The translations under genes were made by a program, and so were the position numbers. A stretch of 64,000 bases of DNA from Gammaproteobacteria bacterium. Its GTDB lineage: Bacteria; Pseudomonadota; Gammaproteobacteria; UBA9214. Under the pieces are notes generated by a model that ran no database searches, was not told the DNA's origin, and saw nothing but the letters and a program-made list of their open reading frames with translations. Each line of letters opens with the position of its first letter. The stretch's first letter is position 1. Of the stretch, positions 35,800 to 46,752 are shown piece after piece. The DNA lies in the NCBI GenBank assembly GCA_029860045.1, contig JAOUBY010000003.1:65-64064 (forward strand), written 5' to 3'.

Positions 35800-36764
35800 T
35801 GAGTATTTTTGAGAAGGCCTTCGAGAAGGCGGGCAAGAATGACGGCGAGCGCCCGGCAGATGATCTGTTTGACGATCGCGCAGATAATTTGCCGGATTTC
35901 CCCGGGGATCCTGTCGAGGGTGAACCTGAATCCGTATCTGCAGATACAGAGGACAGTGCAGGGGTGGCGGAAACTGTCGTGCAGCAGGAACCGTGGAACG
36001 AGGGTCTGTCGCACACAGGTTCGGGCAAACTGGTCAAGCTGGATCTTAGTGGACTGAGAGATGCCGGGCTGGTCGATCCCCGGTCAAAGGAGGTCAACCG
36101 GACTACTGAGGAATTCAGGCGCATCAAGCGCCCGCTGCTCATGAATATCAGGGGCGAGGGGGCAAGCGTTGTCCCTAATGCCAACATGATCATGGTGAGC
36201 AGTGCACTGCCCGGTGAAGGGAAGACATTTACATCGATCAACCTGGCAATGAGCATCGCCATGGAAATGGACAGGACGGTGCTGCTGGTCGATGCCGATG
36301 TCGCGAAACCTGATGTTACCGCACGCCTCGGTGTTGAGGCGGAAAAGGGACTGATCGATGTGCTGCTGGATGACAGTCTTACGTTGCCGGACGTTTTGCT
36401 GAGGACGGATATCCCCAAGCTGGCATTGCTGCCTTCCGGCAGTCGGCATGTCCACTCAACAGAATTGCTTGCCAGTGAGCGCATGAGGCAGCTCACGCTG
36501 GAGCTTTCCAGCCGTTATCCGGACAGGATCGTGATTTTTGATTCTCCGCCACTGCTTTTGGCCAGTGAGGCGCGGGTGCTTGCAGGCTTGATGGGGCAGG
36601 TCGTGATGGTGGTTGAGGAGTCCATGACGCGGCAGCATGCTGCCCAGGAGGCAGTCGAAATGCTTGCGGATAACGAAATTGTAGGAATTGTCATGAACAA
36701 GGGCAGGCACAAGTCGAAGGAGGGAGGGTACGGGGGCTATGGCTATTACCCTTATACACGGTAA
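35799..36764 (+). CDS. XrtA-associated tyrosine autokinase (BY-kinase)
   Basis: EEFRRIKRPLL, SALPGEGKT, LVDAD, IFDSPP, C-terminal Tyr cluster GGYGGYGYYPY. Confidence 0.95.
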   Translation: MSIFEKAFEKAGKNDGERPADDLFDDRADNLPDFPGDPVEGEPESVSADTEDSAGVAETVVQQEPWNEGLSHTGSGKLVKLDLSGLRDAGLVDPRSKEVNRTTEEFRRIKRPLLMNIRGEGASVVPNANMIMVSSALPGEGKTFTSINLAMSIAMEMDRTVLLVDADVAKPDVTARLGVEAEKGLIDVLLDDSLTLPDVLLRTDIPKLALLPSGSRHVHSTELLASERMRQLTLELSSRYPDRIVIFDSPPLLLASEARVLAGLMGQVVMVVEESMTRQHAAQEAVEMLADNEIVGIVMNKGRHKSKEGGYGGYGYYPYTR

Positions 36765-36795
36765 CAACCCGGTAATCCTTAAGTTGACAAGTACC

Positions 36796-38334
36796 ATGAC
36801 TCAAACCAGGAATCTTGCAAGGCTCCAGCTAACCCTGGTTCTACTTCTGTTGTGCGCAAATTCTGTCAATGCGGGTGACTGGGATATCACGCGGAGTATT
36901 ACCGTTGGTGCAAATTTTAGTGACAATGTCAGTCAGGATGATGGCAATAAGGAAAGTGATCTTGTAACTGAAATCAGACCCGCAATCAGTGTGCATGGTG
37001 AGGGCGGTCGGCTGAAGGCCGATATTGATTACGCTATGCAAAATGCAATTTTTGTTAATAATAGCGACGCCAACGGGGTTTTTCACCAGCTGGATGCCAA
37101 TGCCACGGTGGAGCTTGCGAAAAACCTGTTGTTTGTTGATGCATCCAGTGGCATGGGGCAGTCAATCATTGACGCAAGTGATAGCGTGTCAACAGGCAAT
37201 CTGGGTAATACCGGGAACCGCACTAACTTTTATACCTATAGCCTGAGTCCCTATATTCAGCCACACTTTGGGGGTTATGCCGACGGACTCTTTCGCTATA
37301 CCCACAGCGAGGTTGCCCTTGACAGGGGTGCCTCCGACTCAAGCATAGAAAGCCTTGATGCAGGTCTTACAAGCGGGCGGAATTTTGGGCCGTTTTCCTG
37401 GTCTGCCAATTACAATTATTCTGATCAGCAGCGAAGTACCGCTTCCAATGCAAAATTCGAGAATTCCAATGCCCAGGCGCGTTATCGCATCAGCCGTCGC
37501 TTCAGCCTGGTCGGCTCGGCAGGTTATTCCAGTAATGAATTCGAGAGCAGCAGGGATGTCGTGAACGGTAGCTACTGGTCTGCTGGCGTATTCCTGCAAC
37601 CAAGCCGTTATTACTCCCTTGAGGCGCAGCAGGGCAATAATCTGAAAACTGCAACGGTGAGCCTGTACCCGACCCGGCGTACCTCCATGCTTGCCACTTA
37701 CAGTGACCAGAGTGTGGGTCTGAATCCGGGTGAAGTATGGTCAGGATCTTTAAGTCACTACACGCGGCGCACTACCTGGAGTGCAAGCTACAGGGAAGAT
37801 ACGACGACGCAGCAGCAGCTGTTTCTCGAGCCAGGGGGTTTTGTGATTATCGGGGTTGATCCACTTACTGGCCTGGGTCGTGACCCCCCCCAGCCGGGTG
37901 ATCTGCTTGTCCCGGCGCCTTTCCCGCCGTTCCTGACGCTTACTGACGAGGTGGTTGAGCGCAAACGTGCTTCAGGTACGTTCGGTATGAAGATGGGAAA
38001 GACCGGGCTGCGGCTCACTGTGTTTGACGAGAGAACCCTGTTCCTGACATCGCTTATAGAAAATGAGACAAAGGGTCTCAGTGGCAGTCTCGACCGTCGC
38101 CTGGCACCGCGAACCAATGGCATCCTGTCAGGTTCATACCAGCGCATAGCTGACGCTGATATTGGCAACGACCTTGTGGATATCTTCATGTATGTTCAGG
38201 CCGAGGTGACACGGCAAATGAGCAAAAAATCAAACGCTTCTGTGTCTTACCGCTTCACCATGCGAGACTCCAATGATAATAATCGCGACAGCAATGAAAA
38301 CAGGATAACGGCGAAGCTGAGGTACTTTTTCTGA
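36796..38334 (+). CDS. PEP-CTERM system-associated outer membrane protein (TIGR03016-like)
   Basis: Signal peptide, FSDNV, Ser/Tyr/Arg-rich strands, ENRITAKLRYFF end; canonical position between kinase and ATPase. Confidence 0.85.
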   Translation: MTQTRNLARLQLTLVLLLLCANSVNAGDWDITRSITVGANFSDNVSQDDGNKESDLVTEIRPAISVHGEGGRLKADIDYAMQNAIFVNNSDANGVFHQLDANATVELAKNLLFVDASSGMGQSIIDASDSVSTGNLGNTGNRTNFYTYSLSPYIQPHFGGYADGLFRYTHSEVALDRGASDSSIESLDAGLTSGRNFGPFSWSANYNYSDQQRSTASNAKFENSNAQARYRISRRFSLVGSAGYSSNEFESSRDVVNGSYWSAGVFLQPSRYYSLEAQQGNNLKTATVSLYPTRRTSMLATYSDQSVGLNPGEVWSGSLSHYTRRTTWSASYREDTTTQQQLFLEPGGFVIIGVDPLTGLGRDPPQPGDLLVPAPFPPFLTLTDEVVERKRASGTFGMKMGKTGLRLTVFDERTLFLTSLIENETKGLSGSLDRRLAPRTNGILSGSYQRIADADIGNDLVDIFMYVQAEVTRQMSKKSNASVSYRFTMRDSNDNNRDSNENRITAKLRYFF

Positions 38335-38339
38335 AAACC

Positions 38340-39431
38340 ATGTATGACAAATTCTACAATCTGAAGGCAAAACCATTCCGGTTAAGTCCTGACCCGCGTT
38401 TTCTGTTCCGCAGCAAGGCACACAGCAAGGCGCTGGCCTACCTGCGTTACGGGCTGCATACGGGTGAGGGCTTTGTTGTTATTACCGGCGGCGTGGGGAC
38501 CGGCAAGACCACGCTGGCCCGCTTTCTGCTGTCAAAAATCAACAAGTCAAAGGTCATTGCCGTCGAGCTGGTGACATCTCAGCTGGAGTCGGATGACTTG
38601 CTGCGCCTGGTCGCGGCGGCGCTGGGGCTTGCGCACCAGGGCTTGCCCAAGTCGACCCTGTTGAAGAATGTCGAGACATTCCTGATGGCCAGGGCGCGCG
38701 AAGGCAAGCGCGTACTGCTGCTGGTCGATGAGGTGCAGAACCTGTCACGCAGTGCCATGGAGGAATTGCGCATGCTGTCGAACTTCCAGGTCGGCGAGAA
38801 GGCGCTGCTGCAAACCTTCCTGCTGGGCCAGGACGAGTTCCGTCCCATGCTGCAGTCTGCCGGGATGGAGCAGTTCCGGCAGCGGATCATCGCCTCGTTT
38901 CACCTTGGGCCGTTAAACAGGGAAGAGGTGCAGGAATATATTCTGCACCGGCTGGGGCTGTGTGGCTGGCAGGATGATCCGCGCTTTCATGACGCGGCAT
39001 TTGAGCGTATTTACCAATACACAGCCGGTGTGCCGCGCTTGATAAACAAGCTGTGTGACCGGGTATTGCTGCATGGGTGCATTGAGGAACTGCACGAGAT
39101 AAGTGCGCAGGATGTCAACGCGGTGATAGACGATGAAATGCAGGAAGCGCATGCACCGGTGAATGCCCCGGACCTGCCGCTGCCGACGGATGAAGAGACA
39201 GATTCCCGGAAAGTTCATGGTGGCAATGCGCAACAATTGCGTATGGACAACACGATCAGCAACGACGAACGCCGCCTGCTGGCCATGGAAAAGAAGCTGG
39301 ACCTGCTTGAAAATACCCTGCGCAATGACCGCAAGTGGACTCAACGAATGATCATGAAGCTTGCCATGTCAGACGACAAGGACAGGGAACAACTGGACGT
39401 ACTGAAAGAGCTGGGCGCTGCTGACAAGTAA
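38340..39431 (+). CDS. XrtA/PEP-CTERM-associated ExeA-like ATPase (TIGR03015-like)
   Basis: PFRLSPDP.F, GEGFVVITGGVGTGKTT, LLVDEVQNL, EELRMLSNFQ, GVPRLINKLCDR. Confidence 0.93.
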   Translation: MYDKFYNLKAKPFRLSPDPRFLFRSKAHSKALAYLRYGLHTGEGFVVITGGVGTGKTTLARFLLSKINKSKVIAVELVTSQLESDDLLRLVAAALGLAHQGLPKSTLLKNVETFLMARAREGKRVLLLVDEVQNLSRSAMEELRMLSNFQVGEKALLQTFLLGQDEFRPMLQSAGMEQFRQRIIASFHLGPLNREEVQEYILHRLGLCGWQDDPRFHDAAFERIYQYTAGVPRLINKLCDRVLLHGCIEELHEISAQDVNAVIDDEMQEAHAPVNAPDLPLPTDEETDSRKVHGGNAQQLRMDNTISNDERRLLAMEKKLDLLENTLRNDRKWTQRMIMKLAMSDDKDREQLDVLKELGAADK

Positions 39432-39493
39432 TCCCGGCAGTCTCTACCAGGCCGGCAAGTCACCAAGGAGACACTGTTCCGGCATGCCGGCAA

Positions 39494-40684
39494 ATGGATA
39501 TGAAAACAAGCACAGTTGAAAACCCCGATTCATCACCCGGCGCCATTCTCTGCGTGGTCGGCGCACGTCCGAATTTCATGAAGATTGCGCCCATCATCAG
39601 GGCCTTCAGGTCAGGCCCTGACCCGATTCATACGCACCTTGTGCATACCGGCCAGCATTACGATGCGGAAATGAATGATGCCTTCTTCACCCAGCTGCAG
39701 ATACCGCAGCCGGATATCGAACTGGAGGTGGGTTCCGCCAGTCACGCCGTACAGACGGCCGAGATCATGCGGCGTTTTGAGGCAGTCGTGGATGCCGAGT
39801 CGCCGCGGGCGGTGCTGGTTGTCGGTGATGTGAATTCCACCATTGCCTGTGCGCTGGTGGCCGCCAAGAAGGACATCCCGGTTATCCACGTGGAGGCCGG
39901 GCTGCGCAGTTTTGATCGTGCCATGCCCGAGGAGATTAACCGGGTACTGACTGACCAGATTTCCACTCTGCTGTTCATAACGGAGCCGGCCGCGCGCAAC
40001 AACCTGTTGCGGGAGGGACTTGCTGACGACCAGATCCATTTTGTCGGCAACGTGATGATCGACACCCTGAAGCACTGCCTTGAGAAAGCGGTCCCGGCAG
40101 CGGTTACCCTGGCGGACGTACCCGGGAACGAGTGCTTTCTGAAGGGTGATAGCGGTTACTGTGTGTTGACACTGCACCGCCCTTCGAATGTCGATGAGCC
40201 GGCGCTGCTCAGGAATATCCTCGAAACGGTGCGCACCGTCAGCGAGAGCATGCCGGTGGTGTTTCCTTTACACCCGCGTACCCGTAACCGGGTGGCCGAA
40301 CTGGGTTTGCAGGACATGCTCGAGTCTGACCGCATCGCCTGCCTGCAACCGCTTGGCTACCTGGAAATGCTGGGGCTGGTTTCCGGGGCGCGCCTGGTCA
40401 TGACCGATTCGGGCGGCCTGCAGGAGGAAACCACGGTTGTCGGCGTGCCCTGCATCACCCTGCGCAACAACACAGAGCGGCCGGTTACCGTTGACCAGGG
40501 GACCAATACCATTGTCGGGCAGGACCGGGCACAAATCCTCGCCGCGGTGAATGATGTGCTGGAGAGCGGCGGCAAGCGCGGACGGGTACCGGAGTTGTGG
40601 GATGGCAAGGCAGCCGAACGCATCAAGCGGGTACTGAATGACTGGCTGCAGCAGCATCAAGCGCAGCGCGTCGCGGCAGGTTAG
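39494..40684 (+). CDS. wecB: UDP-N-acetylglucosamine 2-epimerase (non-hydrolysing)
   Basis: VGARPNFMK, HTGQHYD, HVEAGLRS, PEEINR, TDSGGLQEE, TERP. Confidence 0.95.
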   Translation: MDMKTSTVENPDSSPGAILCVVGARPNFMKIAPIIRAFRSGPDPIHTHLVHTGQHYDAEMNDAFFTQLQIPQPDIELEVGSASHAVQTAEIMRRFEAVVDAESPRAVLVVGDVNSTIACALVAAKKDIPVIHVEAGLRSFDRAMPEEINRVLTDQISTLLFITEPAARNNLLREGLADDQIHFVGNVMIDTLKHCLEKAVPAAVTLADVPGNECFLKGDSGYCVLTLHRPSNVDEPALLRNILETVRTVSESMPVVFPLHPRTRNRVAELGLQDMLESDRIACLQPLGYLEMLGLVSGARLVMTDSGGLQEETTVVGVPCITLRNNTERPVTVDQGTNTIVGQDRAQILAAVNDVLESGGKRGRVPELWDGKAAERIKRVLNDWLQQHQAQRVAAG

Positions 40685-40706
40685 CTGGCGGGTTTGCAGC
40701 TTTACC

Positions 40707-41579
40707 ATGCCTGAATCAACGTCGGGAAATGCATCGGCCAGCGTCGTCAACGCCATGACGGTCGACGTGGAGGACTATTTCCAGGTCTCTGCATTCGAAG
40801 CTGCGGTAAATCGCAGCGACTGGGACCGGCTGCCGTGCCGGGTAGAACAAAACACCGACCATATCCTTGGGCTGTTCGACGGGCATGACGTCAAGGCCAC
40901 ATTCTTCATGCTTGGCTGGATCGCCGAGCGTTACCCGCAGCTGGTGCGCCGTATTGTTGATGCCGGTCATGAACTGGCCAGCCATGGATATTCACACGTT
41001 CGCGTTACTCAACAGCAGCCGCAGGCATTCAGCGAGGATGTCAGCAAGACAAAGCAACTGCTCGAGGATATAGCGGGATGCGAGGTACAGGGCTACCGGG
41101 CCGCCAGTTACTCGATTGTCAACGAGACACTGTGGGCGCACGACCTTCTGCAGGAGGCGGGTTACCACTATAGTTCAAGTGTCTACCCAATTCATCATGA
41201 CCTGTACGGCATCCCGGACGCGCCGCGTTTTTCCTACCGGCACAAGGATGGCGGGTTACTGGAGATACCCGTTACAACGGTGTCGCTGTTCAATCACAAC
41301 CTGCCTTGCGGGGGTGGCGGTTATTTTCGCCTGCTGCCTTACCGGGTGTCGCGCTGGGCCATGCGTCGCGTCAACGGGACAGACCGCATGCCCTGTGTGT
41401 TCTATTTTCATCCCTGGGAGATCGACCCGGAGCAACCAAGACAGGCCGGGATCAGCGGGAAAACGCGCTTTCGCCATTACCTTAACCTCAGGCATATGAG
41501 ATCCCGGATTGGCAGGCTGCTTGACGATTTCAACTGGGGCCGCATGGATAACGTGTTTTTGCCTGATGGTGAAATATAA
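40707..41579 (+). CDS. XrtA system polysaccharide deacetylase (TIGR03006-like)
   Basis: NAMTVDVEDYFQV, HELASHGYSH, GYRAASYS, GGGYFRL, YFHPWEIDP. Confidence 0.93.
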   Translation: MPESTSGNASASVVNAMTVDVEDYFQVSAFEAAVNRSDWDRLPCRVEQNTDHILGLFDGHDVKATFFMLGWIAERYPQLVRRIVDAGHELASHGYSHVRVTQQQPQAFSEDVSKTKQLLEDIAGCEVQGYRAASYSIVNETLWAHDLLQEAGYHYSSSVYPIHHDLYGIPDAPRFSYRHKDGGLLEIPVTTVSLFNHNLPCGGGGYFRLLPYRVSRWAMRRVNGTDRMPCVFYFHPWEIDPEQPRQAGISGKTRFRHYLNLRHMRSRIGRLLDDFNWGRMDNVFLPDGEI

Positions 41580-41581
41580 CA

Positions 41582-42661
41582 ATGGGACTGGCAGTGACGC
41601 ATAACACGGACACCGTGTCACCCCCGGATGGTACTGAAATCACGGTGCAGACACTGACGCCGGAGTATCGAGGGGCATGGGATGAATTTGTGGACAGCTG
41701 TCCCGATGCCACATTTTTCCATCGCGCCGGCTGGCAAGAGGTTATTGAGAAGGCATTCGGGCACCGTACCCATTACCTCTTTGCCGAGCGCAACGGCCGA
41801 ATTGCCGGTGTATTACCGCTCGGTCACATCAACAGTCGCCTGTTTGGCAATGCGCTGATTTCAACACCCTTTAGTGTGTACGGGGGGATTGCAACAGAAG
41901 ACGACGCAGTATTCGCCGCGCTTGAATCCGCTGCCTGCGCGTTGGCCGATAAGCTGGAAGTCGATTACCTGGAAATGCGCAACCGGCAAGCCCGGCATGC
42001 GGGCTGGCCGACCAAGGACCTTTATGTCACTTTCCGCAAGTCGATTGACCCGGATCCCGAGCAGAATCTGCAGGCTATACCGCGCAAGCAGCGCGCCATG
42101 GTGCGCAAGGGTATCAAGGCCGGTCTGAAGGGTGAGTTTGACAGTTCCACGGAGCGTTTTTATGCGGCCTATTCAGAGAGTGTACGCAGCCTGGGTACGC
42201 CGGTATTTTCGCGTGGCTACTTCGAACTGCTGCAGCGTGTCTTCAGGGACAGCTGCGACATACTGACCGTCACCCATGACGGTGAACTGGTCAGCAGTGT
42301 CATGAATTTCTACTTTCGTGACGAGGTGCTGCCATATTACGGTGGCGGGACGCCGCTGGCGCGTCGCCTGAAGGGCAACGATTTCATGTACTGGGAACTG
42401 ATGCGCCACAGTTGCGAGCGCGGGCTGCGGGTGTTTGATTACGGACGCAGCAAGCAGGGGACAGGCGCCTGGAGTTTCAAGAAGAACTGGGGCTTCGAAC
42501 CTGCCCCGCTGCACTATGAATACTACCTGGTGAAGGCCCGGGAGATGCCGGATATCAGCCCCATGAACCCGAAGTACCGGTTATTTATCAGTGCCTGGAA
42601 ACGGTTGCCATTACCGGTAACGCGGCTGATCGGTCCACTGCTGGCGCGCAACCTGGGCTGA
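41582..42661 (+). CDS. FemAB-related protein, XrtA/PEP-CTERM-associated (TIGR03019-like)
   Basis: ATFFHRAGW, IPRKQRAMVRK, PYYGGG, FDYGRSK.GTG..FKKNWGF. Confidence 0.93.
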   Translation: MGLAVTHNTDTVSPPDGTEITVQTLTPEYRGAWDEFVDSCPDATFFHRAGWQEVIEKAFGHRTHYLFAERNGRIAGVLPLGHINSRLFGNALISTPFSVYGGIATEDDAVFAALESAACALADKLEVDYLEMRNRQARHAGWPTKDLYVTFRKSIDPDPEQNLQAIPRKQRAMVRKGIKAGLKGEFDSSTERFYAAYSESVRSLGTPVFSRGYFELLQRVFRDSCDILTVTHDGELVSSVMNFYFRDEVLPYYGGGTPLARRLKGNDFMYWELMRHSCERGLRVFDYGRSKQGTGAWSFKKNWGFEPAPLHYEYYLVKAREMPDISPMNPKYRLFISAWKRLPLPVTRLIGPLLARNLG

Positions 42662-42664
42662 ATC

Positions 42665-43930
42665 ATGGAAGAATTGTTGTTTCTTGCGCACCGCATCCCC
42701 TATCCACCCAACAAGGGTGACAAGATCCGGTCGTACCATATTCTCAAGCACCTGGCCCGTTCCTACCGTGTTCACCTGGGTGCCTTTGTTGATGATCCGG
42801 ACGACTGGAAGTATCGGGACAAGCTCGAGGAGATATGCGCATCGACCTGCCTGTTGCCGCTGCATCCTCTGAAGGCGAGGGCGCGCAGTTTAACCGGGCT
42901 GCTGAGCAACTCGGCAATGAGTGTAAGTTTTTTCCGTGACCACAACATGCAGCAGTGGGTAAATGCGCGGCTGGAACAGGACAGCCTGCAGCGGATTTTC
43001 GTGTTTTCGTCTCCCGTGGCACAGTATGTTATGAACAGTCAGGCGTCATCATGCCGCCGGGTGGTCGATTTTGTGGATGTCGACTCGGACAAGTGGAAGC
43101 AATACGCGCAGCACAAGCGCTGGCCGGCAAGCTGGCTTTATCGCAGGGAAGCGGAACGTCTGCTGGCATTCGAGAAGAATGTCGCCACCCTGTTTGATGC
43201 GAGTATCTTTGTGTCTTCTGCAGAGGCAGCGCTGTTCAGGCGGCTGGTGCCGGAGGTGTCCGCAAGGACGGGCTTCCTTGATAACGGTGTTGACCGGGAT
43301 TATTTTTCCCCGGAAAGAAACTACGATAATCCCTGTGACGAACAGGCGAAGATCATTGTTTTTACCGGCGCCATGGATTACTGGGCAAATGTACATGCCG
43401 TCCAGTGGTTTGCACTACACGTGTTGCCGCGCGTACGCGAGGCTGTTCCCGCGGCAAAATTTGTCATCGTCGGCGCCAGGCCGGCCAGCGAGGTGCAGCG
43501 GCTGGCGTCTGTGCCGGGTGTAGAGGTGACTGGTGCGGTCCCGGATGTGCGTCCCTATCTTGCACATGCGTACGTTGCTGTTGCGCCACTACGCATTGCC
43601 CGTGGTGTGCAGAACAAGGTACTGGAGGCCATGGCCATGGCCAAGGCGGTTGTTGCCTCACCTGCAGCTGTGGAAGGCATAGAATTCAACAACCCTGCGG
43701 AGCTGCGGGTGGCGGATAGTGAGCAGCAGTTCGCGGAACAGGTTATTCAGTTTCTGTGCGATGACAAGCCTGCCGTAGCCCGGGATTCCAGGCAATGGAT
43801 ATCAGATAGATACGACTGGAATAACAATCTTTCCCGGGTAGGGGGCCTGCTTGAATGTCCATCGCCCTCGGGATATTTGCACGGGATTGCGGGTCGGCAA
43901 GCGGCTAACACGGAAGAGAAGTCTGCATGA
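42665..43930 (+). CDS. Glycosyltransferase family 4, TIGR03087-like
   Basis: LAHRIPYPPNKGDKIRS, DFVDVDSDKW, ARGVQNKVLEAMAM. Confidence 0.93.
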   Translation: MEELLFLAHRIPYPPNKGDKIRSYHILKHLARSYRVHLGAFVDDPDDWKYRDKLEEICASTCLLPLHPLKARARSLTGLLSNSAMSVSFFRDHNMQQWVNARLEQDSLQRIFVFSSPVAQYVMNSQASSCRRVVDFVDVDSDKWKQYAQHKRWPASWLYRREAERLLAFEKNVATLFDASIFVSSAEAALFRRLVPEVSARTGFLDNGVDRDYFSPERNYDNPCDEQAKIIVFTGAMDYWANVHAVQWFALHVLPRVREAVPAAKFVIVGARPASEVQRLASVPGVEVTGAVPDVRPYLAHAYVAVAPLRIARGVQNKVLEAMAMAKAVVASPAAVEGIEFNNPAELRVADSEQQFAEQVIQFLCDDKPAVARDSRQWISDRYDWNNNLSRVGGLLECPSPSGYLHGIAGRQAANTEEKSA

Positions 43931-45513
43931 TCAGGAATTCCGAAACAGGCTCAAACAATATCCCGGGTGCAGAAGATGTCACTGCATCCTGGCGCTTTCC
44001 GGCTGCAATTGCATTGCTGGCAGTTTCCATTTTCATCGCGATTTACCATGCAACAGCATGGTCGATGATTACTGTCTGGGCAGAGTCAGATACATTTGCC
44101 CATGGCTTTTTAATCTTTCCCATCAGTGCTTTCCTGGTATGGCGAAAAAGGCATGAGCTCACCATGGTTCAGCCTGTGCCGGTCAGGTACGGGCCTGCAG
44201 TGCTGGTAATTCCGGGCTTGTGCTGGTTGCTGGGTTATGTCAGCGATATACAAGTGATTCAGCAGTTCTGTTTTGTTGCGACTATCATACTTCTGGTCTG
44301 GATCCTGCTGGGATGGAAGGTGGTAAAGCTGCTTGCTTTTCCCCTGGCTTTTCTCCTGTTCGCCGTGCCGTTTGGCAAGTTCCTGGTGCCATCCATGATC
44401 GATTTTTCCGCCTCGTTTGCTATCGGTGCCCTGCGCTTGACAGGCGTTCCGGTTTACGCGGATGGGGCCTCGTTCAGTACCCCGGGTACTAACTGGAAGG
44501 TTGTGGAGGTATGCAGCGGGATGCGTTACCTGATTGCCGCGCTTGTTGTCGGTACTCTGTATGCCTATATGAACTATCAAAGTCTGAAAAGGCGTCTTCT
44601 TTTCGTGTTAATAACCATTGTTGTGACACTGTTCGCGAGCGGTATGCGGGTTTATATCATCGTGATGCTCGGACATTTTGTTGATATGCGCTACGCCAAA
44701 GGGTTTGATCATCTGTTTATTGGCTGGGTGTTTTTTGGTGTAGTCGTGTTACTCCTGTTCTGGATCGGTTCCTTCTGGCGTGAGGATACGGGTGAGGACC
44801 GGGCTGGATATGCTGCAGTTACTCTGGCAGGACAGGGGCAAACGGTGCGCAAGCCGGAATGGGCAATGATCGGGGCGTTCTCGCTGCTGGTTATTGCAGT
44901 ATGGCCTGTATTGGGCAGCTGGGTTCAGGCGCGGGCTGAATCGGATATGGACGTCAGCTTGCAGGTGCCTGCTGCCTCTGCCGGGTGGTCATTGTCGCCG
45001 GACCTGGTTGATGACTGGAAACCGCATTATACGGGTTATGACGTCGAGGTAAGCCAGACGTACCAGAAGGACGGTCGCAGGATAGGTGTGTATCTGCTCT
45101 ACTACAAGGCGCAGAGACAGGGCGCTGAACTGGTCAACAGCCGCAACCGGATCGTCAAGTCCGGCAAATGGCGGAAAGTTGCCGACACTGAACAAAAGCC
45201 TGTTCGTGCCCCGGGGCTTGCCATCGATGTAATGAAGACAAAACTGTATTCGGCAAAACGCGAGTTGCTTGTCTATAACTGGAACTGGTTTGATGGTCAG
45301 TATATTTTCAGCCCCTATATGGCCAAGCTTATGGAGCTGAAAAGCAAGCTGCTCGGGAGGCAGTTGCCGGGTGCAGCGATAGTCATATTCACGGACTATC
45401 GGGAGGAAGGTGAGGTGGCTGAGCAGGCATTGCAATCCTTCATTGCAGACATGCTGCCGGCAATCGAGTACGAGCTCAATGAAGCAGCCAACCAGAATGG
45501 GCAGTTAGAATGA
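43927..45513 (+). CDS. xrtA: Exosortase A with C-terminal EpsI domain
   Basis: Multi-TM; HGFLI, FAVPFG, catalytic Cys in VCSGMRYL, Arg in GMRVY, His in DHLFIGW; EpsI-like W.PHY...QGAELV domain. Confidence 0.93.
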   Translation: MIRNSETGSNNIPGAEDVTASWRFPAAIALLAVSIFIAIYHATAWSMITVWAESDTFAHGFLIFPISAFLVWRKRHELTMVQPVPVRYGPAVLVIPGLCWLLGYVSDIQVIQQFCFVATIILLVWILLGWKVVKLLAFPLAFLLFAVPFGKFLVPSMIDFSASFAIGALRLTGVPVYADGASFSTPGTNWKVVEVCSGMRYLIAALVVGTLYAYMNYQSLKRRLLFVLITIVVTLFASGMRVYIIVMLGHFVDMRYAKGFDHLFIGWVFFGVVVLLLFWIGSFWREDTGEDRAGYAAVTLAGQGQTVRKPEWAMIGAFSLLVIAVWPVLGSWVQARAESDMDVSLQVPAASAGWSLSPDLVDDWKPHYTGYDVEVSQTYQKDGRRIGVYLLYYKAQRQGAELVNSRNRIVKSGKWRKVADTEQKPVRAPGLAIDVMKTKLYSAKRELLVYNWNWFDGQYIFSPYMAKLMELKSKLLGRQLPGAAIVIFTDYREEGEVAEQALQSFIADMLPAIEYELNEAANQNGQLE

Positions 45514-46736
45514 CCCGGGTGGATAGCGATGTCGTGACACATCGCCCGCTCATTGCCCATGTCATTTACCGTCTTGATGTTGGTGGGCTGGAGAATGGTC
45601 TGGTAAATATTATCAACCGTACTCCGGCAGAACGTTATCGCCATGCCATTATAAGCCTGACAGATGTATCCGAATTCCAGCAACGCATTACCCGAGACGA
45701 CGTCCCCTGTATCGCGCTCCACAAGCGCCCGGGTAACGACCTCGGGATGTTATGGAAACTCTGGCGCATATTTCGCGAGTTGCGTCCCGCAATCGTACAC
45801 AGTCGCAACCTCGCGGCAATGGAAGCGCAACTTCCGGCCTGGCTGGCAGGTGTGCCCTGCCGTATACACGGCGAACATGGCCGTGACATTTTCGACCTGG
45901 ATGGTACCAGCAGGAAATACCGGTGGGTGAGGAGGCTATACAAGCCCCTGGTGCATCGCTATGTCGCGCTGTCGCAGGAACTGAACGATTACCTGGGTGA
46001 CCAGGTGGGCGTCGCGGAATCCAGACTGCGCCTGATCTGCAATGGCGTGGATGTCGAACGATTCAGGCCCCGGGGGGGAGAATGTCGTGAAGCGGTTCTT
46101 CCGCAAGGCTTCGCCGATCAGGACAGTCTGCTGATTGGTAGTGTGGGGCGCCTGGAGGCAGTCAAGGATCAACTGACCCTGGTGCGGGCTTTCAAAGAGC
46201 TTTGCCGGCAGCGGCCGGATGATAGCCGGTTGCGGCTGGTGTTGGTCGGGGACGGCTCCCTGCGGGGCAAGGTTGAGGAACTGGTGGCGCATGAGGGTAT
46301 GCAGGACCGTGTGTGGCTGGCTGGCAGCCGGGAGGATGTACCCCGGTTGCTGTCGGCGCTGGATGTATTTGTCCTGCCCTCACTGGCAGAAGGCATCTCC
46401 AATACCATTCTTGAGGCCATGGCGTGTGGATTGCCGGTTGTGGCAACGCGTGTGGGTGGCAACGAGGAACTGTTGTGTGAAGATGAAACCGGATTTCTGG
46501 TCCCGCGTGCAGACCCGCTGGCCATGGCGGCGGCCCTGCTCAACTATGTTGATCATACAGCCCTGCGTACTGCCCACGGGGCGGCAGCAAGAACGCGTGT
46601 CGAAGACACATTCAGCATTGCCCGCATGGTAAGCCGTTACCTGGAAGTTTATGATGAACTGTACCGGCAGCGGTGCTTGAAATCCGGGGGGCAGCGCCGC
46701 AAGGGCAGGGAAGTGCCGGGACTAAACAAGCCATGA
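45510..46736 (+). CDS. Glycosyltransferase family 4, TIGR03088-like
   Basis: GGLENGLVNIIN, HGEHGRD, PSLAEGISNTILEAMA. Confidence 0.93.
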   Translation: MTRVDSDVVTHRPLIAHVIYRLDVGGLENGLVNIINRTPAERYRHAIISLTDVSEFQQRITRDDVPCIALHKRPGNDLGMLWKLWRIFRELRPAIVHSRNLAAMEAQLPAWLAGVPCRIHGEHGRDIFDLDGTSRKYRWVRRLYKPLVHRYVALSQELNDYLGDQVGVAESRLRLICNGVDVERFRPRGGECREAVLPQGFADQDSLLIGSVGRLEAVKDQLTLVRAFKELCRQRPDDSRLRLVLVGDGSLRGKVEELVAHEGMQDRVWLAGSREDVPRLLSALDVFVLPSLAEGISNTILEAMACGLPVVATRVGGNEELLCEDETGFLVPRADPLAMAAALLNYVDHTALRTAHGAAARTRVEDTFSIARMVSRYLEVYDELYRQRCLKSGGQRRKGREVPGLNKP

Positions 46737-46752
46737 GGCAGATGCACAAATC